From: Camelus ferus
Lineage: Eukaryota
Assembly (NCBI RefSeq): GCF_009834535.1
Contig: NC_045697.1
Span: 66,776,001 to 66,840,000 of the forward strand
DNA: 64,000 bases
Direction of reading: 5' to 3'
Each line of letters opens with the position of its first letter. The first letter of the stretch is position 1. Below are positions 36,946 to 50,179 of this stretch, one piece after another. Under the pieces are notes generated by a model, which did not search any database, had not been told where the DNA came from, and worked only from the letters and a program-made list of their open reading frames with translations. The position numbers were made by a program, and so were the translations under genes.

Positions 36946-39900
36946 AAATTGTTTGTGAATAGGAATCGTGCTGGTAAAGAAAATTGATCCAGTTCAACTT
37001 CACCTTTTAGATAGTGGCAAGTAAAGCTTTCCTTGACAATATACGTTTGCTCAGCACCAGTGTTATCATAAATGCTGTCACTTAAGAGAAAATATCTATC
37101 AAGTTCCAGTGAATCTACTTTGAACTCAGACTACCCTGCAATAACTTTGGTAACTGAACCAACTGGCCTTTTAAAGTATATGTTATAATATGTTTTACAT
37201 ATTATATTATTAAATAAAATGTTTAATGATTTTACATTTTAGCATCCCTGGGACCCTAGATGGATTTTTATTAAGTTCACAGTTTTTCTTTTCAAAATTA
37301 AGCTTCACTTGGTTTGGCATCACCAGCTTATTCTTTGCAATCTGTTTAATTGAGTAGCTTCTGCTGTTTATCCTAAAATGCAGATAAATGGCTTTCAGCA
37401 CACTGTTTATAGTTTAGTAGTTCCTGAAGTGAGTCAGCATTATCTGCTAGCGTCTACATGTCATAACTAATGATCTCTCTGCTTATACTTTCTTGCTAGT
37501 GAGGAGACACTGAACTCTACAAAGGCAAGAGCTCCCACACTTGGGGGTGGGGGTACTGTTTGAGATGGTGCCTATTGGACAAGGTTACCCCCCCCCCCAC
37601 TGGTATGAAATGGGAAGAGAAAACATGTCCTGTACCATGATTTCAGCATGCACAAAAGCTGCTCTGACGTGCTGTATTCTAAGGGCTGGGGTGAAAACCT
37701 TTTAGGAAGTAGCTATTTAAAGGATTTGTTTTATTCCAGATTGTTTGTCTAATTAATAATTAGCACAAGTTTAATACTTTTCTGGTCAGGCTGTTTGACT
37801 TGGTGATGGAGAATGGGAGCCACCAGGAAAATTTCATATTAGTACCAAATAGCTACTGCGGTTTTAATGATGAAAGCAGATATTTTTGTCTGCCAAGAAA
37901 GATGGAAAGAAAATAGATAACTTTAACTGTTAACTAATCCTCTGTCAGAAATGGGGCCTGTTCACTCTGAAAGGTCCTCATGCTCTTTCCTTAAGGATGA
38001 AACATAACAAAACAGAAAACCTCCGTGAGACTTCACTCCCGGTGAGGAGCAGCAGGCCTGATGACCGTGATGGTTAAAGCTGCCGAGTTTGGCCAACCCC
38101 TGATTCATTAAATAATGAGAATTCTTGCCTCCTATACTGAATTATTCTGTGGGTTTTTAGGTAGAGAATAGAACATTTTGTAGTTGAACATAGAGAATGG
38201 TTTCTTAGTAGCTGAAATACCAACTCTTACATTTTGGTAAAATATTTTGTTTGATCTCACTTTATTTTTGTCCAAGTGGAAAACTTTCTAACTGAAGTGG
38301 CTATTTGAGATAGACACCGTCCTTGGCTCCCATATTAATATTATTGTTGTTTGGAAGCATTTTGGTCATTTAAATAGAACGTGAGTAAAGATGTCTTACC
38401 TTGTTACTCTGATACTGAAATTTAAAATCATGTACCCAACTTATTCAAATATTTGAAAGAGAAAGAACCTAACACACAGAGATACAGCTGCCTTATATAG
38501 GAAGGGTTGAAAATTAAGAGCCATTTGAAGAAAGGGTGTATGAGAGGTAGTTATTTTTCATGTAGCATCTTAGATTCAGGGTTTTTGTTCTAGTTTTGGT
38601 TGTGTTATGTGAGATAATCATACTGGTAATTATTTTGAAAAGGAAGAAGGAAACATTTTGACCTTAGAATATAATGTGTGTGCAGGTAATTATTGGCATA
38701 AATGAGGAGATAGGAATTGGATAAAGAAATATAAAGAAGGAACATTTAAAAATAAGATCAGTAAGACTTCAAAGCGTAGGCCGCTGAGACTACTAGGCTT
38801 TATACAATTTAAAAAATTTGAAAATAAGATTATTTTGAAGAATGTTTTGAAAACCGAAGCCACTTGTTTGTTGAAAGAGCAACAGCTTGAGCAGCATCAG
38901 GCCAGGATGCCCCAGGGTGTGCCGTGCCCAGATTTCAGGTGACACAATCATTGTAATAACATGGTCTCAATTCAGATCTTTCCTCAGTGTTTCTGCCCGA
39001 AAGTCAACAAGACTTTTCTGCTTTTGGCAATCTTATGCCAATAAATGGAAGCAAAGCAGATGGTGGGTCAGAATCTCAGCACTATTTTCATGGCCACTTA
39101 TGTATAATTTCAGAAAAAACTTTTGTCTTAAAATACTGAGTCTGTATATTGCTAGTCACATACGTATCCAGGATCCAATTCAACTATCTTATTTTACTTT
39201 GGATGCGTAGAGCAGATTAAGGGGCATTAATATAACATTTTGTGGCATGATTCCTAAATCTTGATCCTCCACCCGTTCATATCAGAATGTTTCTTGGAGC
39301 TTTAAATGCCCTTTTATCTTTCACGCTAATGTCTACGTGTAAAGGAAAGCTATGAAACTTGTCAGAGTCTGATGAGAGAGGATGTTTTTATGGACATAGG
39401 AATTTCTTTGGACCCTATTGCTCCTAATGTATATCATATGGACTTTTTCTAACATTTTTAATTAGTAGCTAATCAATGAATACAAAAAAAATAGCATAAA
39501 AAGTTAAACATTTCCTTTGATATATATCTTCAAATTATGTGTACTTTTTGAAATTGATGTATTTTCTTCACCTCAGCTCTTTTTGTATATATAAATGATC
39601 TTTTTTTTAGCCATCTGCTATTGGGAAAGAGTGTCTGTTTTTTGGGTAAGGTTTTAGATTATTTAAAATGGCATGGATACTGGCCTGGGGGACAGATGGT
39701 TTTGTGTTTATATAAAGTATAAAAGGAAAAAGAGTGAAAGTTTTGGTGTGAGTGAATGGTCAGCAGCCCTTTTATGACAAAAGAACAATAACACGAAAAG
39801 TAACGTTTATTCACTCTCCCCGATTAGATTTTAAGGTTTGTGAGCAGAGAGGCCATTTCTTCTTCTCTGTGAAACCAGAGTGTTTTGAAGTCAGCTTTGT

Positions 39901-42900
39901 CTATGATAAATATTTCTTAAATCAATCTGGAGTTGCTAACAATTTTGTGCTGGTTAAAATAAATATTTTGTGCTAGTTTAAATCGTCCATGATGAATAGG
40001 ATAGGTATGTCTCAAGTATAAATTTTATAGCAAAAATTTTAATGAGTTGAGTCCAGTGACATGGTGAACTTAAAAGATAAAATTAATTGTAATAATTTGA
40101 TTCTCAATTTTCCCAACATTATAAAAGGAATTTGATACCTAGAATAGGTAAAATTCTTCAAAGATTTTTAAATGTTTATGTAGCTATCAACTTGTGAAGT
40201 TGTGCTTATTTTAAAATAAGCTAAAGTATTGCATGTTGAAGTACCATTCTAAATGTCAAAAGAGTAATATCAAAAAATAGATTTCTAGATATTTAAATGT
40301 GTATTTTTCTGCTTTGCATCTAATCAGAGGCAGCTTTGAACCATCTAGAAATGTTACATAATATACTGTGGTCAGTGACTTTTTTTCCCTTTTCTTTCTT
40401 TTCATTTATTTTTGTGATTCTAAGGTTTCCTTTCTCTTTTACCTTTCCACTGTCATATGCCATGTATCCTGAGCATAGTTCAGTGTCTGACCAGAAGAAT
40501 CTCTCTTGCCAGTTTGTAATCAAAGGGAGCTCTGAGAAAAACAGCTGAGCTGTATTAGGCAACCACAGTCTGGACGGCATTTCTTAACTGCTGAATAACC
40601 CATCACAGGTGCAGGATTAGTGCTGCCTACGGTGCTGGGCTTTCTAGTGGAAACCCCTAGCAGTTCTGTGCCGCCGCCTCATGTCTCATCCCAGGGAACC
40701 CGGCAACGATCTGTCGAGCATACAGAAATCAAAAGTGAGTAGTGGGAGAAGCTTTATGTCTTGCAGAGGCTGCGTGCCCTTCCAGAAACACAAGCAGGAT
40801 TAGTTAAGCCAGTTCTGGCACACACCAAAAGGGTGATGGAACTTTGTCTTGGCATGGAGGGTGGAATAGGACAGTTCAGGGGGTTCAAAAACTTTCTGCA
40901 CAAAATTACATGGCAAGAAAATGCAGGTTAGTTTAGCTGTCCCAGCAGTGTACAGTTTAGGTTACTTTAAAACTACTAAATGTTTTGCATGTATTATTTT
41001 AACTTCTGTGTTCTATGTGTGTTGGAGTCGGGGGGATGTTGGCTCTTACACATTGTCCAACTCTGTCATGGTTAAAATCAAGTGTTGCGACTGTGTTAAG
41101 TCCTTGTGGTATAATTTGATTGTTTGTAGCTTTTGGCATTTTGAGTTCTTCTGCTGTCTATGACATGGAAATCTCAACTCATGGGTTATAAAAGTCAAAG
41201 TTGCTTTCTTGCTGGTACAGTATTTTTTTAAATGTGAAAATATTGTAAAGTATAAATTAATGATTTAAATATTAGAGCAAATGAATATTTTGAAAATACA
41301 GTTTCTGAATCTTTTTCTTTTCATCAGGAGGGCTATGAATTGTTTTAGCAAGGTAAAGTATACAGTCACAGAAACTAGGACAAGAGTATATTTGAGTAAT
41401 TCTTGTCATTTTTGGTATCTATCTTGGAAAACTTTACTAGGAAGCATAACACATACACATAACAAAACCGTGTAGAGAGCACTGCAGGTTTCAGACAATT
41501 GTTTCTTCAGTCTCTTCAGTTTTTCTCCTAAAACTCTATAATGGCTTTCTGATATTCAGATTGTTTTAATTCATTTTATTGCTGGTTATCATTATTCCAT
41601 TTTGTTTTACCAGAGATAGGCCTTTAAACTCTTTGGTGATGACAGTAGTTGATAATACTGCATTTTTAAGTTTTTAAATATATCTATCTGTATTCTGTAT
41701 ATTTTGTGCCTCAACTATTTGAACATTTGAAATAGCAATATATTTCTATGTTTAAGGTCAGTATGCTCCTTAACTAAGATATCCTTTAACAATTATCTAA
41801 TTAGAGAATGCAGAAAGGATTAGAAACAGAGAGATCCTAAATGCTTTCCAAGTTTTTTCTTTGGGGAAGAAGAACAGCATGAACCTGGTGATGTGGTTTC
41901 TGATGTGTCTGGTTTCATGGTCTCTTCTCTTCTTTACGTATATATCTGTTCAAAGTAGTTTTGCACATCAAGCTGTCTTAGAAGTGCTTTGCAAAGCTGC
42001 AGACTAAGTCTTTGTGTGATGGCGAGTTGAACATCTCCTTTGATTAGCCTCAGAACTCTGTGAAGCAGAACACTGATAGAAACATCACTGAATAAAACCA
42101 TAGCTCCTGGCTTGGCAGTCTGCCAAATCCTGCTTGATTCTTCGACATTATTGTCAAAGAGGCTGTGGTTCGGTTTCTTTTCCGACAATGTGAATTTGAA
42201 CAGACACGTTAAGTAGTTTAAAATACAGAGAGATTTTAAATGTTTTAATCATCCTGTTAGCTGTGATTATACTATTTTATGGATGTAGATTCAGTTTGAT
42301 GTTAAATTAGCTTTAAACATCACAGTTACTTGCTTTTTAAGTTTATTGTTTCTTATACTGATACTTTTATTAAGATACTTGTAATCATGTTCTGTTTTAG
42401 AGTATTTTCAAAGACTTTTAAATTTACATGAACATTTTGCTTGAATTTCTCCAAATTCAAAGCCTGTTAGAACCTGAGGGAGAGGCTAGCTGCTCTTTTA
42501 CCTTTAAGGAGTGTTAATGTGACGTCTAAAGAACTGTAATTGCTGTCATAATTCAATTACACTGTTTACTCAGGCTCACAGCTCCGTATTAGTTATTGAC
42601 AAAATATAAATCTATACGTTGTATGTTCACATTTACGTAATATTTTTCCTTTTCATGATTTGCGGAAATCATAATCTAGCTTCCCATAAAATAAAACACT
42701 TGAATGATTGAAGCTTTCACTTTTTATCCAGATGTTTTGGGGTCTCTTGGCAGAATTTTTACGATGTAAAATGTTGAAAACGTGATTATCATACAGAGCC
42801 TGAGTGATGTGGTAACCCGTGGGTATGTTAAGAAGAGAAACGATTGCCAGTAAATGGAAACATGCAAAATATTTTATTGTAAAAGCCCTAGTTTCCACAG

Positions 42901-43659
42901 AGAGCCAGCATATCTCTAACATTTTAAAACGAATGTGTTTTCCTTAACCTATTCAGTAGTGTCAACAATGAACCACTGAAATGAAAAACTAGTTTTGGTG
43001 CTTATGTTTTCCATAAAAGTTATGGGTTGATTACTGCTACCCCTAGTAATCTTCCCTCCCATGCCTCCTATCTGGGACTTACTTATATTTGACAATTCTG
43101 TGTGGCGTTATGACATTTATTGTATTGTTTCATAGGCTGTTTTTTGGTTTTCCATATGTAATTGATTTGCCTCACCATGTTCCACATGCAGTTGATTTGT
43201 CTCACCAGCAAGATCGTTATTTTATTGAAGGTACTTTAAGTGCTCTGGGCCACTGTGGTATGCAGATGGAATGGATTTAGTGATTATTTGCTAAATAAAT
43301 GAATATACCACAGGAAAAAAAGAAAGTTATTAATAGGATATTAGTCAACCTTGAGCAAACTATCATTCTGTTTCTTAAACCAAAAAGCTCAATATTTTTT
43401 TATAGCCTTTGTGTGCACATGATGACTCTAGAAAGGGAAGGTCAATGGAACTGAAGTGAAGCAAACAAAAGGGATATTGAAGAGGACGAGAGAATCAGGA
43501 TAAGAGAAAGAGCGTGGGAAGGAAGAGAAATAGAAACACACAGGAGATGAAGGACTAGGGAAAAGGGACAAAAAACAATTGAGGGAGGAAAAGAGAAACT
43601 CCTGAAGAAAGAAAACTAAACAATTGAACAGTAAGCTTCAACAGCACAGAAAACAGTAA

Positions 43660-43830
43660 CAACTCACTGCTATTCACATGTGCAAGGGACCGTGATAGGT
43701 GCTTCACTTGGAATGTCTCATCTGATTCCCCTAGCATGCCAGTGTGTGCTGCTGCTCTCCACATCCTCTGTGAGGAAGGATAAGGCCGCAGAGCAAGGTG
43801 GTAGCTGAGCTGGGGTTTGAACTGTTTCGT
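43660..43830 (-). mobile_element. MIR SINE
   Basis: catgtgcaagggaccgtgataggtgcttcac..tctcatctgattc..; gtggtagctgagctggggtttgaac. Confidence 0.7.
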
Positions 43831-46800
43831 CTGTTTCATCCTATATCCTGGTTAAGTCTGAGTCCGCTGCTTGGTGACCAACCTCATACTGGTTTCTCAC
43901 CTGACATTTTCCCCCTCCTCAACCTGCTAGCCCAGGAACTCACCACCAACAGCCTCCCTTGTCCCTCTTTCCTCCGACTTCAGAGTCTCTTGAAGGAGAA
44001 AGATTCCAGAGTAGATAACGTCACGGTTAATAATGGAAAGTCTTCTACTTTATATGTGTGATTTTGCTTCAATACTTTTGAATTGGAATTGTTTATGTAT
44101 TTTTATTTTTCAAAAGAGTTTTAGGCATATATCCCAACTTTTTATTAATGATTGGGCTTCATGTTGTTCATATATTTTTTTTAAGTTCTTATTGCAAACA
44201 ACATAGAAAATTTGTTTGAAAATGTCTTAGTATTAAGAAAGAGGATTAGGCAATGAAAATTGAGGATTTAGGTCAGGACTTTTGAATACACTTTATTAGA
44301 TAGTAAATTAAATCATTAAATTGAGTTAAATGTTTCAAGGCTTAAGTGATAAAAATAAAGATTAGTTATCTATAAACCCACCATTCAGGATTACTAAAAG
44401 TTATTTTGAAAATTAATACTGCTTTTAAGCTCTGATTCAAGTTTCATTCCTGTGTATTATAGGCTTTTGTTTTTAACCAAGGTACTGTTTAAACCAGTTT
44501 TGGTTGAGAAAGGAAATGAGTATTGATTCACATTATTTATTATTGTAATAATATAGGTAGTAGTAGAATGGACTGTTCCCAAAACATTGCTAAACAGTTC
44601 AGTACTTTCAGATTTTTCTTTCACTTATCTATCTACCCAAGGCACTTGAAGTACAAACTTGGGTGAAAGGAACTTCAATTTCTCTTCTTGCTCTGGCCTG
44701 CCCTCTGGTGAAGGTGAGGTAGAACAGAGAAGACACTCAAAATTGTGTTAATTTTTGAGATATTTAGAAAGCTAAAAAAAAAAAAAGAAAGAAAAAGAAA
44801 ACGAAGAAAGAAAAATAGATTACTAGTAGATTCTGTGGCACTAAATAGTTACATGTCATCTTTCAGTGAATTTTGAAGACTCAAATCCATTTCTAAGTTC
44901 ATTGTATATTTGAGACTTAATTTTCCTTGGACTATCTCTGTTCATAAAGATTACTCTCTATATGTTTTAATGTGACAGTGGATTCCGATATTGTCTTCAC
45001 TGTGACATGTAAAACAATCTTTTATAACACAAACTCAAATGTTTTATTTATGGTATTGTGGAAGTGATAAGAATGTTACTGAGAAGAAGAATCAAAACTA
45101 AAATTAGCTGGAGCAGACTTTAGGATGCAGTGGATGAATTTGGAAGTTGAAATTTGTTGTAGAGTTGTAGTATTGCAAATTCTTTTTTTCTTTACATGTC
45201 ACTTTTGTTCTGGGTTTTCTGATTTTTCTATAAAAATCTTGTTTTATTTTTTTCTGTAAAAATTATATGGAAGAGTACATTATAATATAATATAGAAAAA
45301 TTTTAAAAATAAAGAATTGATTTCTTAAGTATCTATAACAACAAAAAAAAAACTATTATGTCTGTACTAGGCTGCCAGCTAGTAATGGTCCACTGATTAC
45401 AAATGAGTGCTTTAAAGAAACTCTGTAACTCTTACCTCCTAATTTACACAAGAAGAGATGCGCTTACACTAAAGAGAGAACTATATGCAGACATACAAAA
45501 TAGCTAAAAACATTTATATAACTGTAACATATATCCAATAAAAGATATTCAAGATATTCAAGAAAAATAATTCTCTGTTTAACCTTCGTAATTGAATGGA
45601 AGTCACACTATTGCGGGTCATTAATTACTTCATGAAGTTTGATTAATTTGCTTGAAAATCTATACATCTGTTGTATATGAGAGATGTGAGGAATATAATT
45701 TAGTTTTTATTCACTAAGAACACACACACACAACCATATGTCTGGAGGTGATCTTGTGGTTCAGTTGCTCCCTAAAAATCTAGTGAGCCTCTGAAAAATG
45801 AGAAACAATTTTAGATTGGCTTCCATGTGCCCTACTTTGTATTATCGTGGTAATTTGGGTAGTGAACTACCTGGGTTGATGACAGTGTAACAAGCTAAGC
45901 TAACCAGGCAGAATCCGAAGTGTCCGGATTCACTGTATTAAGCTAAAGGTTGATATTAGAGAGACACAGAGACAGATACTGCTAGGTGGGGGAGAGTGGT
46001 AGGGAGGAAGGGAACTGAAAAATGGACTGAGCGCCTAAAGAGAGATTTATTCAGTGTAGTATTTATTCCTAAGAAATTTCTGGGGAGTCTAACTTTCCTT
46101 AGTTTTTTTCCTCTTACATTTTTCTGTCAGGTTTATTTATAATTCTGTCACTAAATATTAAAAAAGCCTTAATTGCCAGGAAAGCTGTTGAGAAGAAATA
46201 ATCAATGTTGTTGAAATTCTTTTCAACTTGATTAAGTAGAAACCATTTAGCTCTCCTATTTAGCTTTCCTTGGTGGAAAGAAATTTTTTTTAAATTTAAC
46301 TTGTTGTTTGGAAAATACAGTGTGCTAAATTATATGTAATGTTTCTTTAATAATTATTCATCTGCCATTTGTTTTCAATGATCGTCTTTAAATCAAGTAA
46401 ACGGAGGATCTAATTAATAAATTTCTTACATTATTTGAATGGGCTGAGTAAATCAAACTTTATTTTTCTTGAAGTCTGCCTTTCTCTTGTTTAAATGGAG
46501 GATGATAAAAATATAGTAAAATGTAAAAAATACATTTTGATAATTGTCTTAATCAGACATCTGATATTTGGGACATATCTTTGTTGTCGCTACTCCATTG
46601 TCCACCTGAATTTTCATATTACCATAAAGATATATCTTTGTCTTTCCTTCTAACTCTTATTTCAGCATGATTGTTATCTGGCTAAATTAGTGTTTTTATA
46701 AAATAATTATTTCTTGTGTATACGTGTAATTGCCTTTTTTATGCCTTAGCTGATGTGTTCTGTCTTGTTTTTGATCCAAAATGCCTATGCTTGCCTGTGT

Positions 46801-46940
46801 GAGGCTGGCTGAATTTTGCATAAATTTGGAGTGCCTTTATATGGAAATGATCCTTTTCATGATTATAACAGTAGATACAACAGTCTAGTTTCTCATTGGC
46901 CCTTTATCTCAAATGTGTTCTTGCTATTAGGAAGATCTTA

Positions 46941-49744
46941 AGGAGATTGAATCAATAATTTAAAACCACTCAATAAACCAAAAAAAAAAAACAAAAAAAC
47001 CCAAAAGTCCAGTTCCAGATGGCTTCACTGGTGAATTCTATCAAACATTCAAAGAAAAATTAATATCATTCTCAAACTCTTCCAAAAAATAGAGGAGGAA
47101 ACACTTACAGAATTTTACGAGGCCAATGTTACCCTGATACCAAAACCAGAAAAGGACACCATGAAAAAAGAAAATAACAGGACAATATCCCTGAAGAACA
47201 TAGATTCAAAACTCCTCGACAAAATATTAGCAAACCAAAGTCAACAATATATTAAAAAGATCATACACCATGATAAGTGAGATTTATTCCAGGGATGCAA
47301 GGTGGTATAGTATCCACAAATCAATTAATGTGATTTGCCACACTAACAAGATGAAGGATAAAAATCTATGATCATCTCAGTAAATGCAGAAAAAGTATTT
47401 GACAAAATTCAACATCCATTTATGATTTAAAAAACCTCTCAACAAAACAAGTATAGAAGGGACATCCTTTAACATAATAAAGACCACATATTACAAGCCC
47501 ACAAGTAACAACATACTCGACAGTTAAAAGCTGAAAGCTTTTCCTTTAAGATTAGAACCAAGACAAAGATGCTTACTCTGGCCAATTTCATTCAACATAG
47601 TATTAGAAATGCTAATCAGAGCAGCTAGTCAAGGGGAAAAAAAGGCCTTTAAACTGGAAAGGAAGAAGTAAAACTGCCACTCTTGGCAGATGACATTATA
47701 TTATATATAGAAAACCCTAAAAACTCCACCAAAAACTGTTGAAACTAATAAATGAATTCAGTAAAATTGCAGGATACAAAAATCAGTATACAGAAGTCTG
47801 TTGCATGTGTGTACACTAATAATGAACTATTAAAAAGAGAATTTAAGAAAATAATCCCCATTTTAAATTTTCATCAAAAAGAATAGAATACCTTGAAATA
47901 AATTTAACCAAGGAGATAAAAGACCTTATACACTAAAATCTGTAAGACATTGATGAAACAAATTGAAGAAGACACAAACAAATGGAAAGCTCAACCATGC
48001 TCATGAGCTGAAAGAATTAATATTATTAAAATGTCCATACTACCCAAAATAGTCTACATGTTCAGTGTAATTCTTATCAAAATCCAATGGCATTTTTTAA
48101 CAGAAGTGAAACAAACTGTACTAAAATTTGTATAGGACCACAAAAGACCCCAAATAGCCAAAGCAATCTTGAGAAAGAAGAACAAGCTCAAGGCTTCATG
48201 TGCCCTGGTCGCAAACTATTTTACGAAGCTCTAGTCATCAAAACAGTATGGTATTGGCAGACTAACAGACACATAGATCAGTGGAACAGAATAGAGAACA
48301 CAGAAATAAACTCATGCCTATATGGTCAATTAATTTACAATAAAGGAGCCAAGAACATATAGTCTCTTCAATAAACAGTGTTGGGAAAACTGGGTAGCCC
48401 CATGCATTAGAATGAAACTGGACCATTATCTTACACCATACATAAAAATTAACTCAAAATGGATTAAAGATTTGAATGTGAGACCTGAAACCATATAACT
48501 CCTAGGAAAAAACATAGGTGGTAATCTCTTTAGAATAGGTCGTGGTGATGATTTTTTGGATTTGACACCAAAAGCAAAGACAAAATTAAAAATAAGCAAG
48601 TGGTACTACATCAGACTAAAAAGTTTCTGCACAGCAAAGGAAACCATCAACAAAATGAAAAGGCAACCTGCTAAATGGGAGAAAATATTTATAAACTATA
48701 TATCTGATAAGGGGTTAATATCCAGAATATATAAAGAGCTCTTACAACTCAGTAGCAAAAAAACAAAGTCTCATTAGAAAAAGTGGGCAGAGGACCTGAA
48801 TAGACATTTTTCCAAAGAAACAGGCACATGAAAAGATGCTTAACATCATTAATCATAGGAAATTATATATCAAAATCTCAATGAGATATCTCCCACCTGT
48901 TAGAATGGCTATTATCAAAAAGATAAGAGATAACAAGTGCTGGTGAGGATATGGAGCAAAAGGAACCCTTGTGCACTGTTGGTGGGAATGTTAATTGGTG
49001 CAGCCACTATGGAAGACAGCATGGAATTTCCTCAAAAGGCTGAAAATAGAACTACTGTGAAATCCAGCAAATCCAGCTACCATGAAACTTCTGGGTATTT
49101 ATTTGAGGAAATGAAAACACTAACTTGAAAATATATGTGCCACTTGTATGTTCATTGCAGCATTACTTACAATGGACAAGATATGGAACAACCTAAGTGT
49201 CCAGCAAGGGATGGATAAAGAAAATGTGGTGTGGTATAGCTATACAATGGAATATTATTCAGCCATTAAAAAGAATGAAGTCTTGCCACTTGTGACAATG
49301 TGGATGGACCTTGAGGGCATTATGCTAAGTGAAATAAGTCAGAGAGACCGATACCATATAATTTAATTTACATGTGGAATCTAAAAAAAAACAAAAACAA
49401 AACACAAGCTTGTACATTCAGAGAACAGATTGGTGGGTTGGTCAGGAGGTAGGGTGGTGGGCAAAATGAATGAAGGGAATCAAAAGGTACAAACTTTTCA
49501 TTATTACATAAGTAAGTTACGAGAATGTAATGTCCATTATGGTGAGTATAGTTAATAGTACTATATTGCATATTTGAAAGCTGCTGAGAGAAGTTCTTAA
49601 AAATGCTCACTCTCATGAAAAAAAAATTATAACTGTATATGGTAATGGATGTTAACTAGATTTGTGTTGATCATTTTGCAATATATACATTGTTGTATAC
49701 CTGAAACTAATATAATGTATGTTAAGTATACCTCAATTTAAGAA
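46941..49744 (+). mobile_element. 2.8-kb 5'-truncated LINE-1 (RT domain to 3' UTR; L1MA9-like), inactive
   Basis: ccagatggcttcactggtgaattctatcaaacatt; degenerate RT motif LADD (47683-47694); ORF fragments [48 protein letters not shown] and TMEYYSAIKKNE. TSD aagatctta at 46932-46940 and 49745-49753. Confidence 0.97.
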
Positions 49745-50179
49745 AAGATCTTACCATCTTTAACAGTGTTCTTAGCTGTTAAAGTGAATTTAATCAGATG
49801 TATTCATTCTGCAGTTACTGCTTCTCTTCCCCCTTATCTTCTTATTGTTAGCCTCCAAATTATTACTCAATTATTTTAATTTTATCTTGTGATTGGAAAT
49901 ATTGTGAACTGTGTGGTAACAATCTTCATTTCATAAGGAATGAAACACATATAGATTAATTGACTCCTAAGTAGCAGTTGCACACTTCTATATAAATTAC
50001 TCCCTTGACTATTTTGGCAAAAGCAAGTGAAGAACTCTCCACTTGTCTCAGATTTGCATTTAATCATCCATTTATTTAATGCTAATTACAAGCAATCATT
50101 TATCATCTCACTACTTTTACTTATTCAGGTCACATTGTATGAAGGAAATCTTATATGCTCATTCAGTATGTTGTCTCTT

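Noticed and set aside
40204..40221. Perfect 18-bp palindrome gcttattttaaaataagc
   Set aside because: It is AT-rich and isolated, so plausible by chance, and has no associated structure.
46941..49744. Active or domesticated reverse transcriptase
   Set aside because: It is 5'-truncated with many frameshifts and stops; the longest ORF piece is 91 aa.
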